From: Mytilus californianus
Lineage: Eukaryota
Direction: 5' to 3'
Length of the DNA: 64,000 bases
Assembly (NCBI RefSeq): GCF_021869535.1
Contig: NW_026262745.1
Coordinates: 88,722,001-88,786,000 of the forward strand
The notes beneath the pieces were generated by a model. It saw nothing but the letters and a program-made list of their open reading frames with translations, did not search any database and was not told the origin of the DNA. Both the position numbers and the translations under genes were made by a program. Within the stretch, counting starts at the first letter, position 1, and each line of letters begins with the position of its first letter. This document shows positions 51,178-64,000 of this stretch, piece after piece.

Positions 51178-51221
51178 ACACCATATCCGGATTTCGACAA
51201 TTAATGTCTCTTCAGTGATGT
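51178..51221 (-). ncRNA. Minimal type I hammerhead ribozyme (family C), unit 1
   Basis: Minus strand ACATCA-CTGAAGA-GACA(ttaat)TGTC-GAAA-T(ccgg)ATA^TGGTGT: complete CUGANGA/GAAA core, stem I 6 bp, stem II 4 bp, palindromic ATCCGGAT stem III, AUA triplet. Confidence 0.9.
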
Positions 51222-51717
51222 TAGGAATCGAAACAGTATTTGGAAGGCCATGTAATTTACCTCAATTTAGGATAGACTCTCGAATTTTGAGGAGTCAAAT
51301 TAGGATGAACGGATCATATCAACCCGAAGGCAAATATAATACAAGCCCAAACGAAAAAATATAAACAAGTCTAAATTGAAAACAACGTTCAAACCTATGA
51401 TTGCGTTGGATAAAAACCGCAATTTTTATACGTGTGCATGCAAAAACAAATTTCTTGTTAGAGGGGTCTAAATACAGCACAAACAACATTTTCCAAAAGA
51501 CCAAAAAAGTGAAAAAGTATATTTTAACAAAACGCATTTGACTAACAGGTCGAACAACAAATGTTCTTTAACCCCGCTGACTGCCATTGGCGATTGCCAA
51601 ATAAACGGATCACAAGGTGTAATAAATGGATCTTAATTAAAAATTTAATACCAAACATAAAACAATAAACTTGCGGCAAAGATGGTATACCGCAAACAAA
51701 GGTGCAAAGATTTTTGT

Positions 51718-51761
51718 ACACCATATCCGGATTTCGACAATTAATGTCTCTTCAGTGATGT
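51718..51761 (-). ncRNA. Minimal type I hammerhead ribozyme (family C), unit 2
   Basis: Identical to 51178-51221. Confidence 0.9.
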
Positions 51762-52257
51762 TAGGAATCGAAACAGTATTTGGAAGGCCATGTAATTTAC
51801 CTCAATTTAGGATAGACTCTCGAATTTTGAGGAGTCAAATTAGGATGAACGGATCATATAAACCCGAAGGCAAATATAATACAAGCCCAAACGAAAAAAT
51901 ATAAACAAGTCTAAATTGAAAACAACGTTCAAACTTATGATTGCGTTGGATAAAAACCGCAATTTTTATACGTGTGCATGCAAAAACAAATTTCTTGTTA
52001 GAGGGGTCTAAATACAGCACAAACAACATTTTCCAAAAGACCAAACAAGTGAAAAAGTATATTTTAACAAAACGCATTTGACTAACAGGTCGAACAACAA
52101 ATGTTCTTTAACCCCGCTGACTGCCATTGGCGATTGCCAAATAAACGGATCACAAGGTGTAATAAATGGATCTTAATTAAAAATTTAATACCAAACAGAA
52201 AACAATAAACTTGCGGCAAAGATGGTATACCGCAAACAAAGGTGCAAAGATTTTTGT

Positions 52258-52301
52258 ACACCATATCCGGATTTCGACAATTAATGTCTCTTCAGTGATG
52301 T
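52258..52301 (-). ncRNA. Minimal type I hammerhead ribozyme (family C), unit 3
   Basis: Identical to 51178-51221. Confidence 0.9.
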
Positions 52302-55300
52302 TAGGAATCGAAACAGTATTTGGAAGGCCATGTAATTTACCTCAATTTAGGATAGACTCTCGAATTTTGAGGAGTCAAATTAGGATGAACGGATCATATA
52401 AACCCGAAGGCAAATATAATACAAGCCCAAACGAAAAAATATAAACAAGTCTAAATTGAAAACCTATGATTGCGTTGGATAAAAACCGCAATTTTTATAC
52501 GTGTACATGCAAAAACAAATTTCTTGTTATATTACATGTATAAGAATGATAGACATCACTTACAGACAAACAAAAGTTAACGCTACACAGAAAACTGATT
52601 ATTGAGAAAAATAAACACCAACAAAAACCTATGAGAACATGTTAAGGAAAGACACTACGATTGACCCTCGTGTAGTCGCATCTTTCGAAATCAAGATGAA
52701 AGGTCTTAATATATCTTTACAAAATAACGTTTTCAATCTATAATATAAACTGATTAACCATCGAGTTTTGCTCAATCACAATGTCTTGGAAAACACAAGT
52801 GCTATAGCTTCAATAAAATCAATCTCAAATCGACCTTATTAATAGTTCCAAAACACCAATAACAATGAAGTATGTTTTGTTCATATTATTTAATCTTTAA
52901 TTGTTACTTGTTATAGGACATTATTTAATCGGATTCAATAACACGAATCGCTATATTTGATACGATATGCAATACATTACAAAAACAGTATCCTGGTTTC
53001 ATGACTTGATAAGTGTCGAAGAAAAACACAGCAATAGGTCAAGGTGACCTATATGTACTTGTGTAATGCAAATCAGAAGATAACTAAAACGATGCCTTGT
53101 AACCATGACAAGTCAAAGATGCTAAAGATTCATGTGGGAATCACCTTTGCTAGCTGATTATATATACAGTCCTCCAGATTTACCATACACAGATGAAAAG
53201 TGTTGTATTCGAATGAAGTTTACATCTGTGTTATCTATCATACGTCTTCACAATATCTTAAAATCGCTTATCTTAGAAACTAATTATATGAAAAATAAAT
53301 GTGTACACGTTTACAGAAGTTAATGTTTTAATTGAAATGGCATGTTGTAAAGTCAACTATATGTTTTTAACTGAATTGATAGGTTTTACATATGATTCTA
53401 ATAAAATACAATACATGTATACTCACAGTACACTAGGTTTCTGTCTACAAAACAAAATGCACATTAAAATGATTATGCCTTTCTAAAGTCTTTATAAACA
53501 CAAACATAACAAAGAATGAATGACAAATTCTGAACAAATAGTACTGTCATGGATTGAATACACTAGCAAAATATTGCTTCTGATTTTCATGGTTACAATT
53601 AATAAATGATCATTTTTTTAATAGGATATTGTAGATATTTACTGATACTTACTCAGAATTTTTTTCTTCCCTGAAAAGCAATAGAAAAGTATCTTTTGTA
53701 AAAGTATTTTTATTCAGACTAAATTTCTCAAGATCAATCGAATTCATTTTAATATATACTTTTGAAGCCATTCTTCTAAATAATGTCATCATCTATTATC
53801 TCGGGTTAAACAATTATTTGCATAGGAATGAATATAATCTTGCAAAGTATATTGTTTCCTTTCGTATTTAGCATATTTGATTAGAATTAAACAATGCGAT
53901 TATAAATGAGTAATTTGTTGTAGTTTTCATATGTTCTCTCATTTTGTGGTTTTGTAAGACAATGTTCTCCCATCGTTATATCTTTATTCAATCATTTTTT
54001 TTTCTCTTGTCGGTCTGACTTGTGATTCATGATTTTTTTAATCATTTATTCTTAGAATTGATTTTTTGTCAGGTTGTTGCCTTTTTTTATCATCTCATAA
54101 TTATGACCCTTAGTTTTAGTACGTTCGTGTTGTGCAGAGTTTTTTTCTTCTTCTAAGTATATCAATATTTTTTCTTGTCATTATCTGGGCTTACACTTCC
54201 GGTTATTCTTCAAACGGGTGGTTTCTCATAACACTTTGTCATATATAAACACCTCACATTTAACATCAACAAAAGCTTAATCTTACGAACAATACATGCA
54301 TGCGTATCTGTATAGTGTCTTTGTTAACTGTTCCCTGAAATAAGAGATGTGGAAATACAAACTGATTAAAGTGAAACTCACGAAAAAAAGAAATATTAAA
54401 TATGCATATCAAAATGTGAGTGTCTTTTGTGATATTTGTTCAAATATTTATAATGTATGTCGCACAATGATTCACAAATAGTGTCCGTATGATTTGTTTC
54501 TTCTCTAATGAAAAGTTCTACTACAATACATACATGATGCAATTCACAACTTCGTTGTTATAAACATATTCAACTGTAAACCTTAAAACCATTTATACAG
54601 GGACTGAACTTACATAAATAAAAAGGCTGTATGAATCAAATTCAAAGTGGGTGGTATTTGCCTCTTTTGTATTAAACTGAATTACATTGCACCACTTGTC
54701 AACAAATAAGTTTGATAGGAGGTTTTTGATGTTTAGATTATCCTTAATCAAATAAGAAAACCAAGATGTGTTCATGAAATGCAATCGTATCCTTTGTGTA
54801 AAAGAGAAAACATTACAATTGGTTGTTCAAGTGTTTATTATAAAAACGTGATTGCAGGTGGTATTTGGCCAGAGCATGCATGACCTGCTTCATAGTTAAG
54901 GCAAAATTATGTCATTTAAAATGTCCAACAGTTATATCAATTTAGACCAATTTTAAACATTTTTTTAATCACACTTTCGCTTAAAGGGTAGTTATAAGCT
55001 ATCAATATCGATTTAAATGAGAAAATGCTACTGTTTAATATAAGTATTTTCTTCGAATCATAGAAAGGTTAAAAGAACATATATAAGGTATTGAATGAGA
55101 AAAATGTTAAATTTGCTGCAAATGAAAATAGGAAATCCATCTTAATTTGACTGCTATTAACTAGAAAGAAAAATCATGAACAAAGTATACTAGAAGCACA
55201 ACGTTTTGCTGGTTCCAATATAGAATTAGCCAAAGAAAATTAATTAACTAACACAGTAATTTATAAAATGAAGATAAGCAATACTAATATACATGATAAT

Positions 55301-56238
55301 ACTGCAAAGAAGAACCAGATTTTGGAAATTTTGAACATTTTGAATTGCCTTTGCTATCAAAAATATTTTATTTTGTAACTTTGGTATACAAAACTATATT
55401 TTGCTCAACATTGTCCTCACAAAAAACAATACTAAACAACACAAAATTACAAGAAGTCTTGGCAAACTTAAACATGTTAAAATGCTTTTCAAAATTATGA
55501 AAAGAAACCACTGAACTTTAAAAAGTACATTTCACTTGAAAACCTCTCTGTAGATGAATATAAAAAATACTAGAGTCCCCGGTTCTCCAATATAGACTAC
55601 CTTAAAAGTATATGACTAAGCATCCGAATTTCTACCAATTTTTAGTGAGCTAATGTCTCTGTGCAAAGTGAGAATATCCTGTTTTGCTATGTTCGAATGA
55701 AAGTCATTGAATAAGCGTTTATACAGATATGGATATAATCAACAAACAACCATTAAGTTTTGTATCAAATGCAATATCGGTAGTTACATTCATATATGTA
55801 TTGAATTAGCCCCCTATACAATCACGCTGAACTGCAACAAATGAATATGAAATACTTACAATAAAACCTGTATTTCTTCTTAATTTGAATGTTGTATTTA
55901 TTGACGCATTTGAACAAGTTATTTGTTTTAGATACTTCTCAGTTATAATATGACTGATGTCACTTGCAAGCACTCCCAAAGAACCTTCCTTCGTTCCCAT
56001 ATGTATATGGTGGAGTGCCATGTTGCTCAATTTATTAAATTAATGCTTACAACTGAAAATGGAACTTTATGTATGATCCCAACATCAGTGTAGCTATTTC
56101 GCCAATTGCATATTGAAACGCATTTGTTACGTTCCATATCTTGTTCAAACTTTATTGTGAAATCCAAAAACCAAGCACATAATAAAAGGATTGTTTTGTT
56201 ACGAAAGTAGGAAGCATCTTATAAATATAAGGGAATAC

Positions 56239-56283
56239 CTGGTCTTTTTCTTTGACGTCTGCTCTTCACTGTAAACTATTTCT
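56239..56283 (-). pseudogene. Candidate 45-nt second exon of the TRIM-like gene
   Basis: ttttcag|A GAA ATA GTT TAC...ACC AG|gtatt; phase 2/2 fits the donor at 58279 and gives QEIVYSEEQTSKKKT. Splice-signal evidence only. Confidence 0.45.
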
Positions 56284-58279
56284 CTGAAAAATAGCAAAAC
56301 ATGCAGATATTTATCGGTATTCCTATTTCTTCTCGTACTACAATTATATAAGTTCATGGTATATAATGAAAACGCATTCAATCTTTCACGCTAAAAACCG
56401 CTACCTAAAATATTTTCAAAAAAATATTTCCAGTTTACTGCATGTGCGGTAATCATGTTTTATATGTATTTTGCTTGTGTGTGACCTTATCGTGTCGCAT
56501 ACAGCGTGTTCGTTTATTAGCGACTGTGTCCTTGTTCATCATATAATGCGCTTCTGTGGAGCGTGTTTCTGTGATTTTTAAAACAGTGTGCAACGAGTGA
56601 GTTAACTTTATTCAGTATTTGTTTACACTGTACCCCATGTGATGTGTTCTTGTACACACTTGGTGTACCGTGTACAAAGTGTGCATTAGCTACATGGTGA
56701 TTTTAAGTGTATTTTTAATGTAGCATGCACAACTTGTCAGTGTACAGATGAGTCGTGTTCTTATTTATACCTTTGTATGTGAACGAGAAACGAGAAACAC
56801 TTATGAACTACATCAACAAACGACAACCACTTAACATCAGATGCCTGACTTAGGACAGGTGCAAACAAATGCATCGGGTTTAAACGTTTTAATGGGCGCC
56901 AACCTTCACCCTACCTTGAACCAATAGTATAACATCATAACATAGAATGACACACTATAAAATATCAATTAAAATGGCTTAACGCAATCAAAAGACATAT
57001 TAACAAAAACAAGTGAACATACGCTGAACGAATCAATTTGATATATGACACAATGTTAATAAAAAATTAATAAAAAAGGGGTGAGATGTAAAACAATATC
57101 AGAAAGACAACCATAACCTTGGATAAAATGCCGCCAAATAAAATAACGTGCACAGGTAAGTAAAAATAATTTAGTTGTAAGGTATACATGGGGTACGGAA
57201 ATATTTTTTACAAAATAAATAATTTTGTTGTTCATAGTACGAGAACAGAAGTGAAAATTAATAGTCATACCAAACACTTATCAAATGTGGTGTATATTAA
57301 AAATAGTGAGACGAGATATAACAATAGAGAAGTAAGCATTAAATAACAAAAATGTATTACAAATTGTATCAACAGGTCAAATTAAAAGTATCGACAGGCT
57401 GTAGGATAGTTAGGAGTTAACCTTTTAATAAATATGTATAATGAAAAAATATGTTTACACCGTAAAATTGAGGTAATCTTGTGATCACACACATTTAACT
57501 TCAAACTTAAAAAAAAAAAAAATAGATAGTAAATAAACTTCACTTAATTATTAAATTCTTGTTTTCAAAATTCTGAATAAAGTTATCTTACTGTTATTTC
57601 ACTAATTGTCTTTAAAATGATAATGTGATTACTCATTTTCTTTAAGATAATTACAAATTACATTCAAAATTATAGAATAATAAATGTTTTGTACAATGTT
57701 TTAATTCGTGTTTTTTTTTTTTTTTTTTCTGTTTTACACAGTATCATGCGTGTATCGTTATGCTTCTGGTATTAGTTTTTTGGATTTACATTACTTTCCG
57801 TAAGTCTGTGTCCTAATGATTAAAATACCGATCATGTGTCCACCCTTCACTTTTTTAATGATTCAAACCTTGCAAAATGTATTTGACTAATTCACTTATA
57901 ACTACTAGAACAGAAACTAGAACGGAGTGTTGTCAGATCCTTCTAAGCAAAGAGTAGACCAATGATCGGTATGAGCGTGGTTGGTATCATGCATACGTGT
58001 AAATACCTGGTCGTGTAATTGCCTTAATTATCACTTGATGCTATTGTACGTGTGCCTTACTTGTTACCTCTAGTTCATCTGCGTGTAACATGGAATGCAT
58101 GTGAATACAACGGTAGATGCGTTACGACGAGATACGAATTTCAAATATATAATATTAACCAAAACATTTTAACTTATACATGTTATAACAAAAGTAATTT
58201 ATTGGTAAATTAATAATCACCTGAATAGGTGAAAACACACTATTGGCATTATAACACTTGTCTAGAGTTAATAACTTAC

Positions 58280-59047
58280 TGGAACGATATGTCTCCAAAT
58301 AGATTGAATATTTCTCGCTCTGATACATTCTTTTTGTTATATGTCATAGTCGGCATGACTGGTGGCTGCTTTTCTCCTTCAACATCTAACTCGGATTGAA
58401 TATTTATCAATTGTGTCATAAGTTTAGTAGCATCGGCAACTTTCTGGCTTTCGGTAAAGGCAGACTGACATTTCACGAACTTTCCTAAATCATTTTGAAA
58501 CCCAGTTCTAATTGATTGAAAGACCTTCAGGTTTGCTGTCTCTTTTTCTTCTAATGATGTAATTAGGGCTTGTACTTTCTTGTCAATCCACTGCTTCATC
58601 TGTTTCCCATCTTCTTTAATAACACGAATGGCTCCTTTTATGTCGCTTTGGTACTTTCCTGTGCCTTGTTCAATTTTATCTAGATTTGTTTTGATGGATT
58701 TAATCTTCGAGTCAATGACCTTTTTCACTTCAGTCTGTAATTCCTGTGTTGATTCGTTGATTTCAGACATATAATGTTTTTTTATGTTTTTTGACGCTGC
58801 AAATTTTGCATATTGGCATGTCACAATCAATGCAGTAAAATATGAAGTTTTCGTCGCGTTCTTTGCAAAAAAGTTTTTCTTCCGGATTGATATTTGACCC
58901 ACTAAGAAATGTATGATTTCTACATATTTTTTACCTTAAATGTAAAGTTTTACAATTTTCACACATCCATTGATCGCATTGCTCACAATAGTTACGCCCT
59001 GGTCCACTCATACAGATGTCGCATGACGTCGAAGCGGATTGTGCCAT
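58280..59047 (-). pseudogene. TRIM-like B-box1/B-box2/coiled-coil gene (no RING), disrupted
   Basis: ATG at 59047: MAQSASTSCDICMSGPGRNYCEQCDQWMCENCKTLHLR*KICRNH (TAA 58933-58931), then LFCKERDENFIFYCIDCDMPICKICSVKKHKK, a +1 frameshift in an A7 run (58783-58777) into the coiled-coil frame of ORF 58276-58902; exon ends at CA|gtaagt. Confidence 0.85.
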
Positions 59048-60788
59048 TTTTTGTTGTTTTCTTTTAAGTCACCTTGACACAGGCTATGTCTAATCAATAA
59101 TCGACATCGGACAAGTAAAACGGAAAGTTACAGAAATTGCAACCATATCTGGATTTTTCAAACTTATTTACGCACATGATTAGAATGATAGTTGTCAATG
59201 AAATTGTTAAGGTTCGATTGAGTCTGATTCAAAATACAAAATGTGTAAGCAAGTTTGTAACGTTTGTTTACTCTTAAATGTGTACTATTTATAGATATTT
59301 TAATATCCATACCTGAGTTCCGACGTGCACGGTATCTCATCTTATTTATATTCAGTTAAAGTAGGTAGAGTATTTAAATGTCCATACCTGAATTCCGAAG
59401 TACACTGGATCTTATTATAATCAATATTCAATTCAAGATGATAAATTATTGACTTAACTGGATAACTAAATACACTTATATCACCAATTTAAACAAATTA
59501 GAGGTTATTTTTTTCCCCAGTTCAAATGTTTGTATATGTGCCAAATTAAGCTACACATATACATGTACGTTAAACAGTACACATTCTCATTTTTGATATT
59601 CGTATATAAGTGAATTTCAAATAATGGCGTATTAATGGATAATTTAACTCCGTGTCATATATAACCTTTTTAATAATATTTTATTTCTATATTGATTAGA
59701 ATATTATTGCACAATTGAAAAAGGATAATAGTTATTTTTTTGTGCATATTTTTTACCTAAATACATGTAATTGCATTTGGATTGAGTAGCCTGTGTTATT
59801 CTAATCAGGAAATGGTATCTTACATTTCTCTTTCGTAAATAGTATATAGACAAAAACTGTTTTGTGTCTTTGAATATCAGCTATAATGTAAAAGGCTAAG
59901 AAATAGGTGTAATGCGAGCTGATATTTAAGGACACTTAAAAGGTCTTATCTTTATCCTGCAATAAAGTTCGAGCCGAGTACAAATACAGCTGATATTTAA
60001 AGACACTAAAAAGTTATTATCTTTATTGTGTAATACATTTTGTTTATTGTTTTTGCTTTGAAAGACAGAAAAACTCACGTTTATTGCATGTATTTTCGAT
60101 TTACAATTCTTTCAGGCCCGCGTAATAATATTAAAAAAGAATCACGCAATCAGCTGATTACCGGTACGCCGAAAAGAATCTCGCATGGTCAACAATAATA
60201 CATAGCTCAAAGTTAAAAATTATTTATAACATAACAACTGGTTTCAACAGTAAAAAAAAAATGACAAAACTTTGTCCGATTTAATACAAAAGAGTTTGAT
60301 TTGTCCTACGCTTCAGAATTTCGCACTGTCCGTGCATTCACTGATTATTGACATTGTTGCATGGTTGATTTTTTGTGTTACATATTAACACATTCTACTT
60401 TTGAATTTGAAGATTTGCGCCGTAGAAAATAGAGTTAATCATACTGTTCATGTTTGTCAATGAGCAGGAAGTAGGTTGCAGATCGGACACTAACACTTTA
60501 ACATACGGAGCAATACGTCATTGGAATGCGATTGCATTACACATTCTGAGGTCACAAAAGTTCATACAACAGCAATACACAAAAATAGTCCGGCAGTGGG
60601 CGTAGCTTTAAAGCAATATCTGTATAGTATACAAATACAGGCTAGCGATATTTGTTGGGCTGTTAATGTATGACAGACACCCTGCAGGATACAGGTTTGT
60701 CTCCTTCTTATCTAGTGTAATGACCCAAAGCATGTGTTTCTATAATAATTTTTCAAATAATTTTCACGCTTTATCATTTCATAGGTAT

Positions 60789-61083
60789 AAATAGTTATCA
60801 AAGGTACCAGGATTATAATTTAATACGCCAGACGCTCGTTTCGTCTACATAAGACTCATCAGTGACGCTCAGATCAAAATAGTTATAAAGCCAAACAAGT
60901 ACAAAGTTGAAGAGTATTGAGGACCCAAAATTCCAAAAAGGTGTGCCAAATACGGCTAAGGTAATCTATTCCTGGGATAAGAAAATCCTTAGTTTTTCGA
61001 AATATTCAAAGTTGTGTAACAGGAAATTTATAAAAATGACCATATAATTGATATTCATGTCAACACCGAAGTGCTGACTACTG
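60789..61083 (-). mobile_element. Family A hammerhead-bearing repeat unit (295 bp, solitary)
   Basis: Homologous to 32696-32973 and, over the ribozyme and tail, to 22499-22577. Confidence 0.8.
60825..60868 (-). ncRNA. Minimal type I hammerhead ribozyme (family A), core intact
   Basis: Minus strand GCGTCA-CTGATGA-GTCT(tatgt)AGAC-GAAA-C(gagc)GTC^TGGCGT. Confidence 0.85.
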
Positions 61084-63059
61084 ATAAAAGATAAGAGATT
61101 TATCTAATATTTGTTATTCAGTGTAAGGTATGTATGTTTGATAATGTTTTCACATATGGGTATATTCACCAATCACTCTGGGTATTCATTGAAGAAACTG
61201 TAACATTAATTATAACACAATTACATCCTAAAACTTTTCATAGTGAAAATAGTATCTAATACTAACCTACAAGATCTACATTCCTATATGTACATTGTAT
61301 TGTGAGTTGTTGTTTTTTTAAATTAAAACAAAAGAAAACGAATGCAGCTATGCGTTTTTCTGCCATTATAGATAAACAAAATATGACGATATTATTGATG
61401 TGTTATGTTTATTTTTGTAAACATATTTAAGTTTGATATTACACCAAGATTTGTGTTATCCAAATCTTAATACAACGATATAGTGACAAGTTTATCCCTC
61501 TCTGGTATAAGTATTCAATACTTTCCTGCCGTACCAATATATATTTAAACGGTACGCCTCTGAGTATTATCATATAAAACGCAGTTATGAGAGAAAGGTT
61601 CAAATTGTTAAAATCATTTGATGTTTGTTAACAGTTTTTTCTGCGACCTTGACAATATAATCGGGAGGAACTCACAGTAACCAGCGAGAACCACCAAACA
61701 TTACAAATTGAGATCAAAAACCGTGAAAAAAGCTAAACAAAAGGTTATGTATGTGTATAGCTTCATTTTTTAATTTGATGTACGATAAAGGTAGAGGTAA
61801 ATTTAGACAGAAAAGCTATATCAGATTTGCTTTTTCTCAATACATGTTTTCCAAACATATATAACATGTATTTGAAAAAACAAAATCAGCTCCCTATGAA
61901 CGTAGTTTCTAGATTCATTTCTTATATTTATTACACCTCACTACTTTCTTTCATATAAAAAGTATAAATCAAAATTTTATAGCCGGTTTTCTTATTGATG
62001 TTCAAAAAACAGAGACTGATTTCAATATATATCACTTTCGAATGACCATTAAAATATGTATTTGATAAAAATATATGAAAATAACGAGACAATATTTTCA
62101 AGAGGTTCTACTGATTTGAAAAAAAGAGATCAGTTTTTGTCAGATGAAAAAATAGTTTTTACTTATCGATAGATTCTTTTTTATTATATTTAGCATGTCA
62201 TGCCTTTGGTAATGTATTCAATATAACTTATGTATCCGATTGTCAGCCAGATGTCTAAAAAACTAGATTTTACAAGTTTAATTTCTCTTTAAAAAACGTT
62301 CCAGAAATATGATACATTTACTAGATTCTACCATGTACCACACTCTATCTGTGTGTTTACACGTGTATTTTCATAGTAGAAATAACAAAGCAATATAAAA
62401 ACACTCATTTACTCTAAGAAAGACCATGCAATATATTTTTTCAATTGAAATAATAGCGCGTTTGTACTTGTAATATATTATTCCAATTCTATTTTGTTTG
62501 ACCATTCTGTCTATTAGTTGGTTGCATTGCCTTTGCTGAATATGCCATTATACTGTTCATATGGGTAATTGATAAATGCAGGAAGACAAAATTACCCGGT
62601 ATTTTATGATAGTTTGAGTATTCCCTTTTTTTATCTTTGTTAATATTCTCTCATATGTGACATATATATTAAAAATATGCATCTAGACAAGCAAATATTT
62701 TTTGTATTGATATATCCCCACAGGAATACATAACAAAAGTTCATAATGAATACAAAAAAGTCATCTCCCCTTCAAATATCTCCAACGCGCGGTGCATCTT
62801 CCTTTGAAACGTTCAACGTACCTACAAATTGCAAATAATTTGCGTGCTTGGAGTGTTGAGTGTGTAGGTGTCTGTGTACGGTGTGTGGACTATGTACAGC
62901 AATGTTATTATTTGCTTAGGTTTTCTGACAAAAGAGATAACTCTGATATGCTTTATACATTTAAAAAGATAATTAAATGAGGCAGTTATATTTTATATTT
63001 GTGTTCTTTTACCTTATTCTCGTGAATGTTAAAAATACATTGTACTTCAACTGCCAAAT

Positions 63060-63250
63060 TAGAATAAAATGTTTGTCATCGATATTAACACATATGGAGG
63101 CCTTCAAACCAGAATCTATGACAAACATGATGATTTCGAATTTCCAATTGTCAAGTTCTCATGTCCCAGCAGTAACATAATCTCCGCTCAATCGTATGGC
63201 GTTTACATTTCTCAGTCAATGCGTTACGCTCGTGCATGTTCTACTATACG
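63060..63250 (+). mobile_element. Penelope-like RT C-terminal remnant
   Basis: GGLQTRIYDKHDDFEFPIVKFSCPSSNIISAQSYGVYISQSMRYARACS matches the 31689-31988 segment. Confidence 0.82.
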
Positions 63251-64000
63251 AACTTCACTTAGAGGGATGTGCCCCTTTACAAAAACTGAGTTATAAAGAA
63301 GAACAACTGAAATCAACATAATGTTTACGGCCACAGTTCGTGATGAATTGGATAATGATACTACATTTCGGTATCTCAACTCAATACCAAACTGTTTTCG
63401 CGGTCTTAGATTTCTATAAACCAATATAGTCGTCTAATCTGTAATTTAACCAAGTGTGTCCTATTCTCGACTGTAATAACAATACTGAGTGTCTATTTGC
63501 CTTGCAGGAAACGCGTACAAATAAAGAAACGCATACGACTCCGTCGGTGCAGGCAGTTTAAGCTCCCTGTGTAATTCATGGGATTCTCTCAGTTTCTGTT
63601 TGTTACCTTGATTTGTCTCTTCCTAACCGATTTACGACTGTCAATTAAAATGTATTAATTTATAATTCTAGATTGACATTTAACTACTTGTAGATTTGAG
63701 TAAATTAAGGAATAACAAACATACTTAATTGACATCAGCTGTTATGTGTTGTGCAAACGTGGTTGAGATTGCCGATAAAAGGAGGAGAAAGGACAAATTA
63801 CTACATGATTGACGATATGTTTTATTGACAGTGAAAACAAACCAACCATTTTAGTAATAAAAAGATCTAATTGTATTTGTAATACTCTTCAGTGACGCTT
63901 GAGAATAACATAATTAAAAATGCATAGCCTTTAAAAACGTTAAATAGCTGATAAAAAGCACCAAAAATGTTAAACCCGGACAAGCCACCATACTATATAG

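Larger units (their letters stand above)
50821..52528 (-). mobile_element. 540-bp tandem array (about 3.2 units), one hammerhead ribozyme per unit: retrozyme-like element
   Basis: Units start tataaacaagtctaaattg at 50821, 51360, 51900 and 52440 (last truncated, with an internal deletion); only a few differences between units; the recurring 60-80-aa ORFs have no recognisable motifs. Confidence 0.85.

Noticed and set aside
51002-52444. Recurring 60-80-aa ORFs on both strands of the 540-bp array
   Set aside because: They recur only because the unit is repeated; no domain motifs, and several begin at non-ATG codons.
55806-56030. 74-aa minus-strand ORF as a further TRIM exon
   Set aside because: No recognisable NHL, SPRY or other motif in any frame and no convincing acceptor in phase.

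Overview
AT-rich, intron-containing eukaryotic genomic DNA, inferred to be a bivalve (Mytilus-like) from its repeat families and gene types; no prokaryotic features. Genes: (1) an intact-looking cGAS-like receptor (cGLR; Mab-21 nucleotidyltransferase plus a TPR-like C-terminal tail) on the minus strand at 12103-14045; (2) a decayed paralog of its C-terminus at about 9720-10195, bordered by a TA-flanked MITE and a Penelope-like RT fragment; (3) two tandem four-exon paralogs of a 286-aa secreted protein (signal peptide + FAMeT-like domain + PAN/apple domain) at 23888-30806 and 37579-42223, both with premature stops, reconstructed by hand and not visible in the ORF track; (4) a disrupted B-box/B-box/coiled-coil TRIM-like gene at 56239-59047. 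The most striking non-coding element is a near-identical 540-bp tandem array (50821-52528) attached to a (TA)22 tract. Each full unit carries a complete minimal type I hammerhead ribozyme on the minus strand, so it looks like a retrozyme (circular-RNA-forming retroelement), longer than the roughly 170-400 nt animal retrozymes I know of. Two other hammerhead families (2 core-intact and several decayed copies), four Penelope-like RT remnants, Helentron-type non-autonomous elements, SINE-like repeats and several local duplications fill the rest. All alignments, translations and folds were done by eye, so repeat boundaries are approximate.
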